DNA from: Octopus sinensis
Taxonomy: Eukaryota
Assembly: GCF_006345805.1 (NCBI RefSeq)
Contig: NC_043005.1
Location: forward strand, 46,624,001-46,688,000
Direction of reading: 5' to 3'
DNA: 64,000 bases
Part shown: piece by piece, positions 11,867-27,004 of the stretch
How the letters are laid out: every line of letters begins with the position of its first letter
How positions within the stretch are numbered: position 1 is the first letter of the stretch
The notes under the pieces: generated by a model
The model's input: the letters and a program-made list of their open reading frames with translations, nothing else
Databases searched by the model: none
What the model was told of the DNA's origin: nothing
Made by a program: the position numbers and the translations under genes

Positions 11867-13394
11867 GCCCTCCCCCCACAAATTTACATCTGTATACACT
11901 CAGGTTTCACGTGTGAGTATAAATGATTGTGTGTAGGTTCATTTGCGTTTTTGTTACAACGGGTTTTCCTCCTGAAAAGACTACAATTGTAGTAATACAA
12001 TGCAAAAACAGTATACAAGCGTAAATGCTATGATATAAACAAATATAAACAAATACGTTTTATAGAAACAAATACATATAAACGTATTTGCTTGTACATA
12101 TACACACACCCATGTATAGACAGAAATACATATATACACATAAACTGGTGCGTTCGAAAAAAGAAGTAACCCTGTATGTATGTACCCCTGTTTATGTTAA
12201 ATTTAACACTTCTCTGGAAAACGGACAAATAAAAATAGTGATTTTCATATACAGTACCATCATCGCTGGTAAATACTCTCTCATACATTAACGTATATAT
12301 ATATCTTTACGCAGGCAAATACACAAATACGTGCTGTCACACGTAAAAGTATACGTATACACGATATTTTGTTTGAATAAGAGAGTTCGTGTATGCGTTC
12401 GTATGTGAGTTTTATGTCACGTAAACATACACACATGCACACGAACACACGTCCACACATACATAGACACTCATACACACGCACGCAAAAACACACAGAC
12501 ATACATCTTTTCTCCTAGGCAACGTCCATTTTCAACCGGAAGGACATAGATTTGTTACTGACAGCTTGCAAACGTCACTGATCAGGGATCATGCCAACAC
12601 TTGTTTTACGTTGTCTGACCACAATTTACACACACCACACATGGTGTTTTCATTACATCTCTCTATCAATAAACGCATCAGGAAATGCCTCAAGTTATTG
12701 GGCATTTAAAAAGTTTAAGAAATCAATTAATTTTTACAGGCTGAACATAAAATGATCAGAACGAACAAAATCAAAGGAAAACCAATTTCGAAATTTTACT
12801 CTCCTTTCGTACCGATCCTGATAAAATACACGAGAGAAAAAAATACCTCAAATACAAGTTGATATATTTATATGGTATTTGTACACGTTTATAGAGAATA
12901 CAGTGTGAAACATTAATGCCTTTCTCCAAAATAATAGCGACATCATTAAACAGGATCTTAACTTTACAGTATATTGTACGAAATATTGATTATTTATATA
13001 GTTACTGGTCTTTAGCTATGGTTGCCCTTAATCAAGTATGAATTATCAAAGGTATGCCAGCGATGGATATCTTTTATTTTTTAGGCATGGTGATTCTCGA
13101 ACTACGTAATCTATTGTATTGTTAGGTGGCAGGTTGTGAATTTAAGGAGATATGGTAATTATTTCTAGCATCGTGAGTTAAAATGTAGATTCCCTACTTG
13201 CAGCTAAGAACCTGCTGAATTTATGGACCAAAATTCTTCAAGGTATGCTGTTGTAAACCTTACAGCTTCCTCTTGGTCTCTTCATGTCAAGTGAATAGAA
13301 TACTTAAATAGAGATGTAGTGAATGAAAAAAAAAAGAGGGATAAAGGCCCCTTCGTCATGAAGGGCCATGGGATAGCACCTAGAAAGTTCTCCT

Positions 13395-13640
13395 CTGAGG
13401 AACAAGTTGTTTATGGAAGACCAGCAGTTACCCATGCATACCAGCCTTCTCTTTTCAAGAAAAGGGCAAAGGCCGATGCAGCGCGGCATCAGTGATGTCA
13501 CAACTCATTTATACAGCTGAGTGAATTGGAACAACGAAAAATAAAGTGTCTTGCTTAAGAACACAGCCTAAACTGGAATTCGGACTCACTACCTCATGAT
13601 CGTGAGCCCGACGCTCTAACCACTGAGACATGCGCCTTCT
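13395..13640 (-). mobile_element. tRNA-derived CORE-like SINE
   Basis: Minus head gaaggcgcatgtctcagtggttagagcgtcgggctcacgatcatgagg..., followed by gtgttcttaagcaagacactttat. Confidence 0.7.
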
Positions 13641-13682
13641 TATGTGAATTATTGGATAATTTAACTATTTGAATCCCCTTAA

Positions 13683-13921
13683 CCGTTTTACTGCTGAAAG
13701 CTATATCCACTCATAATGTCATTAACCTTTAACGGCTGGAAGGAATTTTGTATACCGATCTATCTTTTGTAGAAGAATGCCGTGTTTAAAAGTATTTTCT
13801 GCTGGGATACGTCAAGTTTACTGCGGCAACGTGACTTCCAGAAAACACTAATTCTATTTTTTGGTGAATATTTAACATCATTACTGGAATAACCATGACA
13901 ATTAGTCTCTTAGTGAAAGGG
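13683..13921. mobile_element. Possible piggyBac-like MITE
   Basis: TTAA at 13679-82 and 13922-25; ends ccgttttactg versus reverse complement ccctttcacta (imperfect). Confidence 0.4.
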
Positions 13922-14669
13922 TTAACAAAATTTTTCAATGAGACGAACTTTCTGTTAATATGAGTTTAACTATAGGGTATAGAGAATTTAATGAAAATTA
14001 TAATAGATATTGACATTCAATAAATCTAGACATTTGCTTCTCACTGAGGATATATTTTTCCTTGAAGACTGATAACGCAGACACTTCTTATACATCTTAC
14101 GCAGAATCGGTGTACAGAAAGTTCCTAGTTGTATCGTTTCCTCAGCAGATAATAGAATTAGCGAAAGAGTTACATGTATCCAATAGAAATATTTTACTTT
14201 CTGCTCTTATAATCTTTTGCAAGGTTTACATTAAAAATATTAAACATGTTTGCATCATCATTCCAACTTATAGAATGATATATTGATCATATACTACAAT
14301 TCTTGTTTCGAAATATATAGAGTATATATAAAGATACTGTTCCTTGTAATCTATTTGAAATGATTTTATATGATATGAAAACTAAAAGGCATTGGAGGGG
14401 CGACGCATACCCTGCGCGCATACCAGAATAAAATAAAATTTAATGCAATAAATTTATTCTTAGACGAATTCATATTTCAACAAAAAGACATCGAGTTATT
14501 TCCCCTGCTTATTGCTTATGCATATGTAACAAAGTAAAAAAAACACATTTTGATTCACTCGTCCACCAGTTTTAAAGATAATGAAACCAAAATATAATGA
14601 GTTCGAGACACTTATCCAATGAGTATTTCTGCCAAATTTGGTGAAAATCCGTTCTGTCGTTTTCTAACC

Positions 14670-15000
14670 CGTACTTATTTTAACGACCCCGAAAGGATGA
14701 AGGACAAAGGCGGCCTCGGCAGAATTTGAACTCAGAACGTAAAGACGGACGAAATGACGCCAAGAATTTTGCCTGGCGAGCTAACGATTAATTTGATGCC
14801 ATTAATACTGATTTCAAATTTTGGCACAAGCCCGGGAAGTTCGGCGGAGAGGATAAACCGTCGATAACAACGACCACAATTCACAAATGGTAATTATTTT
14901 ACTGACCCCGAAAGGATGAAAGGCAAGTTCGGCTTCGTTGGAATTGGAATCTGAATTCAGAATAGAAAGATGAACGAAATGCCGCCAGACATTTTGCTTA
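14670..15000 (-). mobile_element. Two degenerate family A SINE copies
   Basis: gaccccgaaaggatgaa..gcaaag occurs twice, with aactcagaacgt / aattcagaat. Confidence 0.7.
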
Positions 15001-15597
15001 GAGTGCTTGTGATTTTGTCTGCTCTCCGGCTTGTTTGATGTCATTAATATTGAAATTAAAGAACATTGCCGCAACAAAATTTTGAAATTATTTTGTATAA
15101 TATATTTTGTGTACGACAGATGTCTAACAAGCCAGTCAACAGTCGACCGCATTTTCTGGGGTAAGATTTACAAGAGAGGATTTGTAAGAAGTCTGTGAAC
15201 TGTTTGGAAAAACATTCATTTTTTCTTTCACTCTTTTTAACTAAGTTAAAAGTTCAAAATATCTTTTTATAGTTACTAATATGAAGGACTACTGAAGCAT
15301 TTATTGAAGATTTACGCTTTTATAAATTGGCTTCAAGATATACATACAAGTGATAAAAGATTATTTCTAAAGATTTTTTTGTAGAAAAAATGCAGTTAAG
15401 TTTCTGTGAAAAATATAGAAAACTTACTTCAGATAGAAAATGTTTAAGATGAAATGCTTATCAAAAAGTTCCACATTTTGCCTGCAAAAGTCTTTGTTGA
15501 ATTCTGGCTCAAAATTTTTTTAGAAAGAAAAAAAATCGATATATCAAAAGTTCGCGTTCGAAATACTGCAAGAAATATTCACTATGATTTCTGCATA

Positions 15598-16030
15598 CAC
15601 ACTGGTGTGGCTCTGATGTTTGCTTCCCAAGCACATGGTCTAAGGTTCTGATCCACTGAACGGATATCTTAGGTAGGTTTCGTCTAGTATAGCTCCGGTT
15701 GACAAACGCCCTGAGTCGCTTTGGTAGACGGAAACTGAAAGAAGCACATTGTTAGGTATGCACTCATACACACACACATACACACACGCACACACATATG
15801 AGGGAGTCTTTGTGTGTGGACATGTTCACCACCACCACTACTTGGCAACCGGTGTTGGTTTGTTTATGTTCCCGTAGCTTGCCTGTTCAGCAAAAGAGAC
15901 TGATAGAACCAACACCGGTCTTAAAGAAAATAAGTACTAAGGTCAATTTGTCCAATGCCAAGCTAAACCCTTCCAGGAAATGCCTCAGTACGACCGGCCG
16001 CACTCCAATGACTGAAACAAGTAAAATAAT
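15598..16030 (+). mobile_element. SINE family B (tRNA-like head, internal microsatellite)
   Basis: ggtagacggaaactgaaagaagc ... gttcagcaaaagagactgatagaa ... atgactgaaacaagtaaaa is shared with 24060, 29082 and 57105. Confidence 0.7.
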
Positions 16031-16697
16031 AAAAGAATTAATGATAAAAATTTTAATAAGAAAGAGGGAAAAATCACACTTAGTGTTTAATAATTATGGG
16101 CCTACGCCTGTTTCGATGATAAGTATTTAGTTGTTCAATCAATTAAACTACATTACTGTGTAAGTGATTGAGTACACCACAAATACGTGTACAATTGGCG
16201 TAATTCTCCACCGTAGTCAGCATGACGCAGCATGACAAAGTTGTGCCAGTAAATTATAAATACAGTCCACCCAGCAAGCTTCATTGCAATTCCTGCCTAC
16301 CTAGTTTTATTCATATTGCTTGGTACAGAAAGCTCACCAAAATTTGTTATTGCTGTTGTTGTTGTGTAGACTCGGATAAGATCTGAGGATGCAGAACTAT
16401 GTTCAAAACGTTCAAGTGATGACCATGCAGCTTTTTCTCGGGCATAGTATCTCTAGAACTACATTAACTAAATGTGATCTTCGTTGTATTAATTGTCGGA
16501 TACAAAGTAGGTTGGTATTTCTACCAGTCTGAGTGACCTCAAGGAAGTTATCTCTTTCTCTTGAACCATGGGGTGTCCTTGAAGTGGAACCAACAACTAA
16601 CAGAGGTCATTTTATTGTATTTTTGTCTTTTATAGCAGAAATTGAAAGGTGTCTTCATATCCCAAACACCCAAACAAAAAAATAATTAAACAAAAAG

Positions 16698-16864
16698 CTC
16701 TGATGTGTGGTAAAGAAGTTTGCTTCTCATATGGTTTTCATATGGTTCCGGATTCAGTCCCACTGCATGGCACCTTGCCCGAGTGTCTTCTACCAGCCTT
16801 GTAAGTGGATTTGGTAGACGGAAACTAAAAAAAAAAGGTAGCCATATACACATACATACACACA

Positions 16865-16895
<31 letters not shown>

Positions 16896-17130
16896 CACCA
16901 CACACACACACACACACTCAGCCATATGAGGAATGGGTGCACGCACGGGCGCGCGCGCGTGTTTGTATGCGTGTGCGTATTTTTGTGTCTATGTTTACTC
17001 TGCGCCATAATTTGACAACTCACGTTAGTGTGTTTACGGCGCCGTGCCCTACAGAAGAAGTACTAGGCTTTTAAAAAAAAAGGAACTGGGGTAGATTCGT
17101 TTGATTAAAACTCTTCAAGGTGGTGCTGAA
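16698..17130 (+). mobile_element. SINE family B copy
   Basis: gtggcaccttg-type core, gtggatttggtagacggaaact, internal (CA)n. Confidence 0.7.
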
Positions 17131-17149
17131 ATATGTAAACGATAACAAA

Positions 17150-17335
17150 AACAGACAAACGGATTAAGTCGATTATATCGACCCCAGTGTGTAACTGGTA
17201 CTTAATTTATCGACCACCGAAAGGATGAAAGGCAAAGTCGACCTCGGCGGAATTTGAACTCAGAACGTAACGGCAGACGAAATACCGCTAAGCATTTCGC
17301 CCGGGGGTACTAACGTTTCTGCCAGCTTGCTGCTT
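17150..17335 (-). mobile_element. Family A SINE
   Basis: gaaaggatgaaaggcaaagtcgacctcggcggaatttgaactcagaacgtaacggcagacgaaataccgctaagcatttcgcccgg. Confidence 0.85.
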
Positions 17336-17735
17336 TACATAATGCTATAAGTAAAAGCATGTAAATATTGCATATATAAAAATAAAACCAATTTCGATAG
17401 AAAAATCCCAGGTTTTATGTCGAGATGAAGGTTCCACGGACAGCCTTCGCGGGTTTTATCCAAAAAGATCTTTGAATCCAATATTAACATGTTTTCATTT
17501 ATACCTTTAGATGCTTAGAAAGATTCGCAGTTCTAAAATATAAGTAAGTATATACATGCACTTGTGTTTGCGAATGTATTGTTGACGTGTTTATATATAT
17601 GAGTGCTTGTATGTTCGTATAGTTCTATGAACATAACAGTAGTCTTACTTAAACAACCCTCCTTTAGAGTGGAACCTTTTTGATAGCAATAACCAGCTGA
17701 TACTTTATACGAAACTTTAATTAGCAGCTTTCACA

Positions 17736-17746
<11 letters not shown>

Positions 17747-17829
<83 letters not shown>

Positions 17830-17830
17830 G

Positions 17831-17888
<58 letters not shown>

Positions 17889-17910
17889 CATCCATCCATC
17901 CATCCATCCA
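17747..17910. repeat. (TATC)n/(CATC)n microsatellite
   Basis: Direct reading. Confidence 0.98.
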
Positions 17911-19145
<1,235 letters not shown>

Positions 19146-19185
19146 GCTAGCTAGCTAGCTATCTGTCTGTCTGTCTGTCTGACTG

Positions 19186-19234
<49 letters not shown>

Positions 19235-19236
<2 letters not shown>

Positions 19237-19374
19237 CTCCTACTCTGATGTAATCTCCAGGGATACAGGCATCCAGCAACAGGACATCCTTAATGCCATG
19301 ATGGATCGTGAAGTCTGGCGTAGCATGGTAAATTCCATTGTCTCGACCACGGTAGAACAATGATGATGATGATG
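19235..19374 (+). mobile_element. RTE-clade LINE extreme 3' end with (TGA)n tail
   Basis: LSYSDVISRDTGIQQQDILNAMMDREVWRSMVNSIVSTTVEQ* (DR..WR motif), followed by tgatgatgatg. Confidence 0.7.
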
Positions 19375-19953
19375 TATCTATCTGTCTGCCTGTCTGTTTG
19401 TCTGTTTCGCTTTTTCTCTCTTCCCCTCTCTCTCTCTCTCGCTCTCTGTAGATACAGATATATTAATATATGTGTGTGCACATATATGAGCATGTGTGTG
19501 CGCGCGAGCGTTTGTATGTATGTGTATATAACAACCCTTCTTGTCTTGTTATTTTCCTTGTCCTGTCTTTTACTGCTTATATTTTGTACTGTCGTTACTC
19601 TCCTGTTTTTGTTACCATTTTTACCCCTCTGCGAAAAGATCTCAAATTTTATTTGATTTGCTTTTCGCAGGAAGGAAAGTTTCAATCGAAGATACGTCTC
19701 GCCTTCATCTTCGAAACGTAGATGAAACCATGGCGACTGAAGAAGGGGTTTTTCCTTGTGTTATTTGTCCTGTACTCTATTTGTTTGTTGTTTAAGAAAA
19801 ATGTCCAGTTCCTTGGGTTTGTGTCTATGTTTTCGTTTCTCATTGTGTTTGACGTTTTTTTTTGGTGTCCTGTACTCATATATGCGTGTATATATACATG
19901 TAGAGGTAGGTACGTACATATATGTATATATATATGCATATGTTTTATTTATT

Positions 19954-20021
<68 letters not shown>

Positions 20022-20320
20022 TATATATATATATGTATATACATATTAAAATTAATCCTTCAGCTATTTAATGCTTTTCTTGGGCCAGCGATCGCCTATA
20101 TTATTAATTCTGTTATAATTTCATTTTTTAAAATAGTCATTCCAGATAACAAAATTAATAATATCTTAGCAAATTAATTTTCGAGAATTACATTTTTCTC
20201 GCGAATTATTTGACCCCGCATATATATATATATATATATATATACTCACATACATATTATATCTATAAATTCCTCTATTTTACATAATATCGAGGTCTCA
20301 TTCATTCTTGTGTTGCCACA

Positions 20321-20469
<149 letters not shown>

Positions 20470-21320
20470 ACGTGTGTGTGCGTGTATGTGTCTGTTGCGT
20501 TCGTGTATCTTCGTGAGTATGTGTAGGTTTTGCGTGTGTGTATGTGTATGCGTGTGTGTGCGTATGTGTGTGCGTTTGTGCGTGCGTGTGTGTCCTTATC
20601 TTCTCGGCATGTCAACTAAAGTAAATCCTGCGAAAACAATTCCACACCGTATGCATCAGAAAAAGAACCTGCAGTTTGTGTACGTGTGTCCGATCCGCTG
20701 CCGATCACTGCTTCTTGTTTGCTAAATGTGCAACGCTTTACCATTATATGCCGCTGCTGCTGTTATTGTTGTTCTTCTTCTTCTTAAGCAGAAGATCTCC
20801 GAACGAGTAGGTGATAATAATTAAAGACTTTCCAGTCGTGACCTTTCTGGATTGTATCTTTTATATGTTTTAATCATGTGAGTGCGGCCATACTGGAGCA
20901 CCGCCTTGAGAAATTTTTTAGTCCCCTGAATCGAACACCCAGCACTTATGTCTCTTTTTAAAGCCTGGTACGTACTCTATTGGTCTCTTTAACCGAACCA
21001 CTGAGTTACAGTTATATCCAATGTATTCTAATATCTAAGGATACATTAAGCGATGTTTACTTTCTTGTTTTGTTTTTAATAAAGACAATTTACTGAAGGT
21101 TAAGTCTCATTCACTCTGGGTTACCGGCAGTTTGTATATTCGTCGGTTCTTTAAGGATATGTGTTTCTGTGTGTGTGTTTGTGGATACGTGTGTGCATGT
21201 GTGTTTGTGGGTGTGTGTATGTATCATGTATGTGTATGTGTATGCATATATATATATATATTATATGCACGCATATATGTATATCTATATCTATATCTAT
21301 ATCTATCTATATATATATAT

Positions 21321-21505
21321 ATATCCATCAATCTGTCTGTCCATACTAATGCTGACATTTGTTGTGGCTACAGCGCCGTTCTTCCGCCAGAAGTCATTCA
21401 TGACGTGACCGTGACGTCTTTTGACTTATGGGACTAAATCAAACTAACACCGGATGTCATAAACACATACATACACATAAGCACACACGTATATATTCAT
21501 CCATA

Positions 21506-21510
<5 letters not shown>
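21321..21510 (+). repeat. Local duplication (second copy 24483-24678)
   Basis: Both copies contain cttccgccagaa.tcattcatgacgtgac.gtgacg....tgacttatgggactaaatcaaactaacaccgg and gatgtcataaacacatacatacacataagcacac. Confidence 0.85.
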
Positions 21511-21554
<44 letters not shown>

Positions 21555-21624
21555 TATATATACTATATAAACATACATGCATACGTAGATACGTAGATAC
21601 GTACATACATACATACATACATAG

Positions 21625-21948
21625 TTAGGAGCACTCCGTCGGTTACGACGACGAGGGTTCCAGCTGATACGATCAACGGAACAGCCTTCTCGTGAAATTA
21701 ACGTGCATGTGGCTGAGCACTCCACAGATACGTGTACCCTTAACGTATTTCTCTGCGAGATTCGGTGTGACACAGAGTGTGACATGGCTGGCCCTTTGAA
21801 ATACAATACTACTCATTTTTGCCAGCTGACCGTACTGGAGTAATGTGAAATAAAGTGTCTTGCTCAAGGACACAACGTGTCGCCGGGAATTGAACTCACG
21901 ACCTTACGATTGTCAGCCGAATGCCCTAACCACATACCACGCGCCTTC
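21625..21948 (-). mobile_element. Near full-length tRNA-derived CORE-like SINE
   Basis: Minus head gtgaaggcgcgtgg..tggttagggcattcggc...gtgagttcaattcccggcg followed by gtgtccttgagcaagacacttt. Confidence 0.8.
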
Positions 21949-22365
21949 ACATACATAAGAAAACACTTACCCAATGTACCGCGTAATCGGACTGAACCAG
22001 TAGCCATATAATTGCGAAGTAGACCTAACCACACAGCCACTAGTACCAAGGAAATCCAGATCGAGCAGATCATAGACGAGAGACATTCTACCCACGACCA
22101 TCCTGCCTTTTTACATGTATGTAGGACTATATTATGGAGCGTGTTATTTCTCTGTTGCTTAAGTCAGTAGCGTTCGAATTAAAACAAATTCACAGCTATC
22201 TTTTCTCTGTTTCTTTGTTTTTAACATTATAGATATTTAGCCGTAGTTCAACCCTAATGAACCAGAATGGCGATTAGAAGCATTCCATTTGAGACCATCC
22301 CACCTTTTCTTCTCAGTGAGGAACCTGAGATTACATCATCCAGTATGAGCTTTTCTTATTTAGTA

Positions 22366-22578
22366 AATCCATTAGCATTTAAATCGGCCACATTAGGCCC
22401 GGATATTCTATCTATTTTATGACCAACCGGCCAGATCTGACCTCTCACACTCGCCCTACAATATCATTCTAGAAATAACCAATGACAACCTTGAAATTTC
22501 TCAGCTTTGAGATAATGCAGGATTAATTCAAGACAATGTCGATAAATAAGCATTAGATTTGATACGGTAAGTGGTTAA
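22366..22578. mobile_element. Possible degenerate TTAA-flanked (piggyBac-like) non-autonomous element
   Basis: Starts near taaatccattagcatttaaatcggcc and ends gtaagtggttaa; TIR match is weak. Confidence 0.3.
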
Positions 22579-22627
22579 CAGGGACATAGTTAAACAAGAT
22601 ATTTGGTTAACACTTCTAACATTTTAA

Positions 22628-23215
22628 GGCGGCGAGCTGGCAGAAACGGTATTTCGTCTGTCGCTAAGTTCTGAGTTCAAATTCCGCCGAGGTCGACTTT
22701 GCATTTCATCCTTTCGGGGTCGATTAAATAAGTACCAGTTACGCACTGGGGTCGATGTAATCGACTTAATCCGTTTGTTTGTTCTTGTTTGTCCCCTCTG
22801 TGTGTAGCCCCTTGTGGGTAGTAAAGAAATAGGTATTTCATCTGCCACTACGTTCTAGTTCAAATTCCGCCGATGTCGACTTTGCCTTTCATCCTTTCAG
22901 GGTCGATTAAATAAGTACCAGTTACGTACTGGGGTCGATATAATTGACTTAATCCGTTTATCTGTCCTTGTTTGTCCCCTCTGTGCGTAGCCTCTTGTAG
23001 GGAGTAAAGAAATAAGAATCGTTAGCACACTGGACAAAACGCATAGAGGCAAATTTTCGGTCTTTACGTTCTGAGTTCAAATTCCACCGAGGTCGACTGT
23101 ACAGTTCTTCCTCTAGGGGTCAATAAAATAAGTACCAGTTGAATACTAGGGTCAATGTAATCGACTTACCCACTTCCTGAGATTGCCGGCCTTGTGCCAA
23201 AATTTGAAATCAATA
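22628..23215 (+). mobile_element. Family A SINE, multimeric (three body units)
   Basis: Head ggcggcgagctggcagaaac, B-box gagttcaaattcc, and the block gcctttcatcctttcggggtcgat.aa.taagtaccagtt repeated three times. Confidence 0.9.
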
Positions 23216-23620
23216 TTTCCAATATTTCGATTAACCACATGGTGTTCCTGATTAGCTCGTTAGCGGATCGTATCTTTCTTAGAGTTTATATCTGTTTATA
23301 TCACCAATTTGATACAGAAGAGAGAAAAACTCTAGGAAAGGTTCTTTTATAATCTATTTCTTTGTGAAAATTTAGGTTATATTATATGAGTATAATAGGA
23401 TAACGTGGTAATTTCCTTAGAGTCTCTTTTTATACGGAAAAATGCTTAATATATTTGAGCAGAATTATTCTGAGCAGAATTCTTTTAAGAGCTCAACGCT
23501 TCAAGCGCCTCGAGATCTGAAACAGGAAACTCCTAGTAGAAAAGCAATTTAAAATGACATTAAAATGCTTGCGCGCGCGTTTGTCTATGTGTGCGTGTGT
23601 GATAGTGCGCACAACCGCAT

Positions 23621-23680
<60 letters not shown>

Positions 23681-24059
23681 TATATGCGCGTGTGTATGTA
23701 TATATTATATACATAATACATGCAGACACACACATATATATATGTCATAAATGACAGAGATAGTTTGATGAAATTTTATCTAACAATAAGAAAATTCTAA
23801 TATTACAACAAATTGTTTCGTCACTTAAAAACATGTAAATAATTTATACTATTATATTTAATATCAAATAAATTACTTACAAGCGAGACTAATAAACTGG
23901 TGTAGACCTCCACGCACAAATGATTCAGAACGAAGTGGCAGTCGAGTACAGAGCGGTAATAAGAAAATATATCTGCTTCTGCTATAAAATGTAGTGCAGT
24001 CATTGTTGAGGGCTTGTACACCACCTTATAACTTCATCGAAGTATACATGCATATACCA

Positions 24060-24352
24060 ATGCCTTGTGAGTGGATTTGGTAGACGGAAACTGAAAGAAG
24101 CCTGTCGTATATATGTATATATATATAAGTGTGTGTGTATATGTTTGTGTGTCTGTGTTTGTCCCCCTAGCATTGCTTGACAACCGATGCTGGTGTGTTT
24201 ACATCCCCGTCACTTAGCGGTTCGGCAAAAGAGACCGATAGAATAAGTACTGGGCTTACAAAGAATAAGTCCCGGGGTCGATTTGCTCGACTAAAGGCGG
24301 TGCTCCAGCATGGCCGCAGTCAAATGATTGAAACAAGTAAAAGAGAGAAAAG
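24060..24352 (+). mobile_element. SINE family B, 5'-truncated
   Basis: gtggatttggtagacggaaactgaaagaagcc ... cggttcggcaaaagagaccgatagaataagtac ... aaatgattgaaacaagtaaaag. Confidence 0.85.
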
Positions 24353-24419
24353 AGTAAAGAGTTACACACACATATATGTGTGTGTACGTGCGCTTGTGTG
24401 TGAATGAACATATAATGTG

Positions 24420-24486
<67 letters not shown>

Positions 24487-24698
24487 CCATCAATCTATCT
24501 GTCCATATTAATGTTGACAATTGTGACTATAGCTCTTCTTCCGCCAGAACTCATTCATGACGTGACTGTGACGCCATTTGACTTATGGGACTAAATCAAA
24601 CTAACACCGGTTGTCAAGCGGATGTCATAAACACATACATACACATAAGCACACCCGTATATATTCATCTATATGTGTGTGTGTGTGTGTGTCTGTGA

Positions 24699-24758
<60 letters not shown>

Positions 24759-24771
24759 TTCTGTGAGTGTG

Positions 24772-24829
<58 letters not shown>

Positions 24830-25741
24830 TGCGTCTGTGTAAAAGCATACAAAGTTATAAGCCTTCAAATCTCTTACATTTTAATTTTCAATCCTCTTTT
24901 TCATTTTTTCTCATTATCTATGAATATCATTATCGATATAAAGCATAAGAGAGTCTCTAATAGCTAGATTAGCAGTCACATTTCCATCAAATAACACAAC
25001 CTACCATCTTGCATTTTTTTTTTAAAGACAGGTGATTTAAAAATACGGTTCAAATGCCACGGTTGGAAATACCATTAATCATGTGCGTACGCGATTACTT
25101 ACCTACTTACTTGTAGTTGCGGCAGCATTCACCCGGGCTGGCTTGAGCCAGCTACGGCCAGCGAGTTCACCATTCCTCTCACGAAAGCTGACCACATCCA
25201 ATGGTCAACTCTAACGCTCCAACAGGCAAAGTAATGTTTTGCCTGCAGCTCCAAAATCCAGCTAGCGTATTTGACAACTGACCCACAGGGAGATCAAGCG
25301 CGTTGGATTGTGGGGACGCCGTAACTGTAGTCATCATTCATTGTTGGGGTGCAGAGTTCCTGATTAAAGTTGTATCTTGATTAAGCACCAACAATAATAA
25401 TTCATTTATTCAACAATCAAGCTTTAACTATAATTTCAGCTCCATATCTACACACTACCGACTACAGGCGTCAGCTATGGTATTTAGCAGGGATGCGCTG
25501 TCTATATTTTAGAAATACAAAAAAAAAGTAGCAATAATAAAATACCAACTTGCAAAAAGCACAGTTCCTGTCTGTACTGGCAATAAATTAGACATAATCT
25601 GGATCAGTACTGCACGAAGCCTAAGTACATACATTCATACATGCATACATACATACATACATACATACATACATACATACATACATACATACATACATAC
25701 ATACATCTTAACCAAAATAAAAACATGATTCAAAGGATTTA

Positions 25742-25829
25742 GCGGTACATATGTTTCGGGCCTTTATTAGACGGTTTTATAACAATGCATAATTGATGTA
25801 AATGTATGTCTACGGCCTTCTTCAGCCGC
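25742..25829 (-). ncRNA. Type-I hammerhead ribozyme-like motif (GUA site)
   Basis: gcgg-CTGAAGA-aggcc-g-tagac...gtcta-ataaa-ggccc-GAA-ACATATGT-A-ccgc; only the first stem II pair (A-C) is non-canonical. Confidence 0.75.
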
Positions 25830-27004
25830 GTACAATTACTACTTCAAGGACATATATTACATTATAAGTTTTACGTTGGGGATGCAAATCCTCATAGTCG
25901 CGTACGACAGAGTGGGGCACCAACACGAAATCGAAGCGTCCATCCCGCTTTTTGTACATACAAACATACATACATACATACATACATACATACATACATA
26001 CATACATACATACATACACACATACATACGGTATATCTTTCCATGATATGTTCACTGGTTTCAGTGCATACTGGGTCATCGCCATCATAGCTTTTAGTCG
26101 GTCATATAGATCCCAGAACATTTTTTTCTTTCTGCACACCAATTGTACCTTATATATCTTTCTCTCTCCACAACCACATACACAAACACACAAACACACA
26201 CCTACACACACACCTACACACACACAGAGGTGCACGAACACATACACAGACTTGAATACACGCAACCACAGACACATAGAAGTGTCGTTATAAGGCGGAA
26301 GTTATTCTATTACACTACAGTGACCGGCATATTTTGCGTCTGAACCTGCCTAGACGTGTTGAGAATAAATATGAGAATAATCGCTCCAGATTTTGCAGTA
26401 CACGATACAAACATATCGTAGTAGACTATGCCACACTTGCGTATAAGACAACATGTAGCGCGGTGACTTTGAAGAGACTGGGAAGACGTAGGGTTTTGAC
26501 TAGCTTTGCTCCAAACACATCTTTTAATCGATTCTCTACGCCGCAAAGGGCCGTTGAAAGATCCGTGTTAGGAATAAAATTGCGAGAAAATATTTGAAAC
26601 AATTAGAGAACGGGGCGGAGTGAATTACGTGATCACAGAATAAGAAATCACAAGTCCCCTTGGGCCGAATATGTCGCAAAATTCAACTCGTGCATTTCCT
26701 AAGTGGTATACAAGAAAACGGAAAATACAACTCGAAAGACCTTCACCACAATGGAAAGAGAATTCAGTAAAAACAATTTTGGACAAAATGAGACACCAGC
26801 AAGAAAAAAAAAAATGACGTAATCAAGGAAGATCTGGAAGCGTATTGCAACCAGCGGTGTCTAACAACATGCAATAAGTAGACAGACAGCCAGACAGACA
26901 GACAGATAGCTAGCTAGATAGATAGATGTTGAGATAGATATATGAAGCAATAAAACATTTTCTATGCAAGGTCGTATTTTCTGGCAATGTTTAACGAAGA
27001 CCAA

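Noticed and set aside
19680-19760. GAAACGTA plus downstream CTGAAGA with nested inverted repeats
   Set aside because: The order and stems do not give a coherent type I, II or III fold.
22628-23215. Regularly spaced repeats resembling a CRISPR array
   Set aside because: Units are about 190-bp SINE bodies without unique spacers; eukaryotic context and no cas genes.
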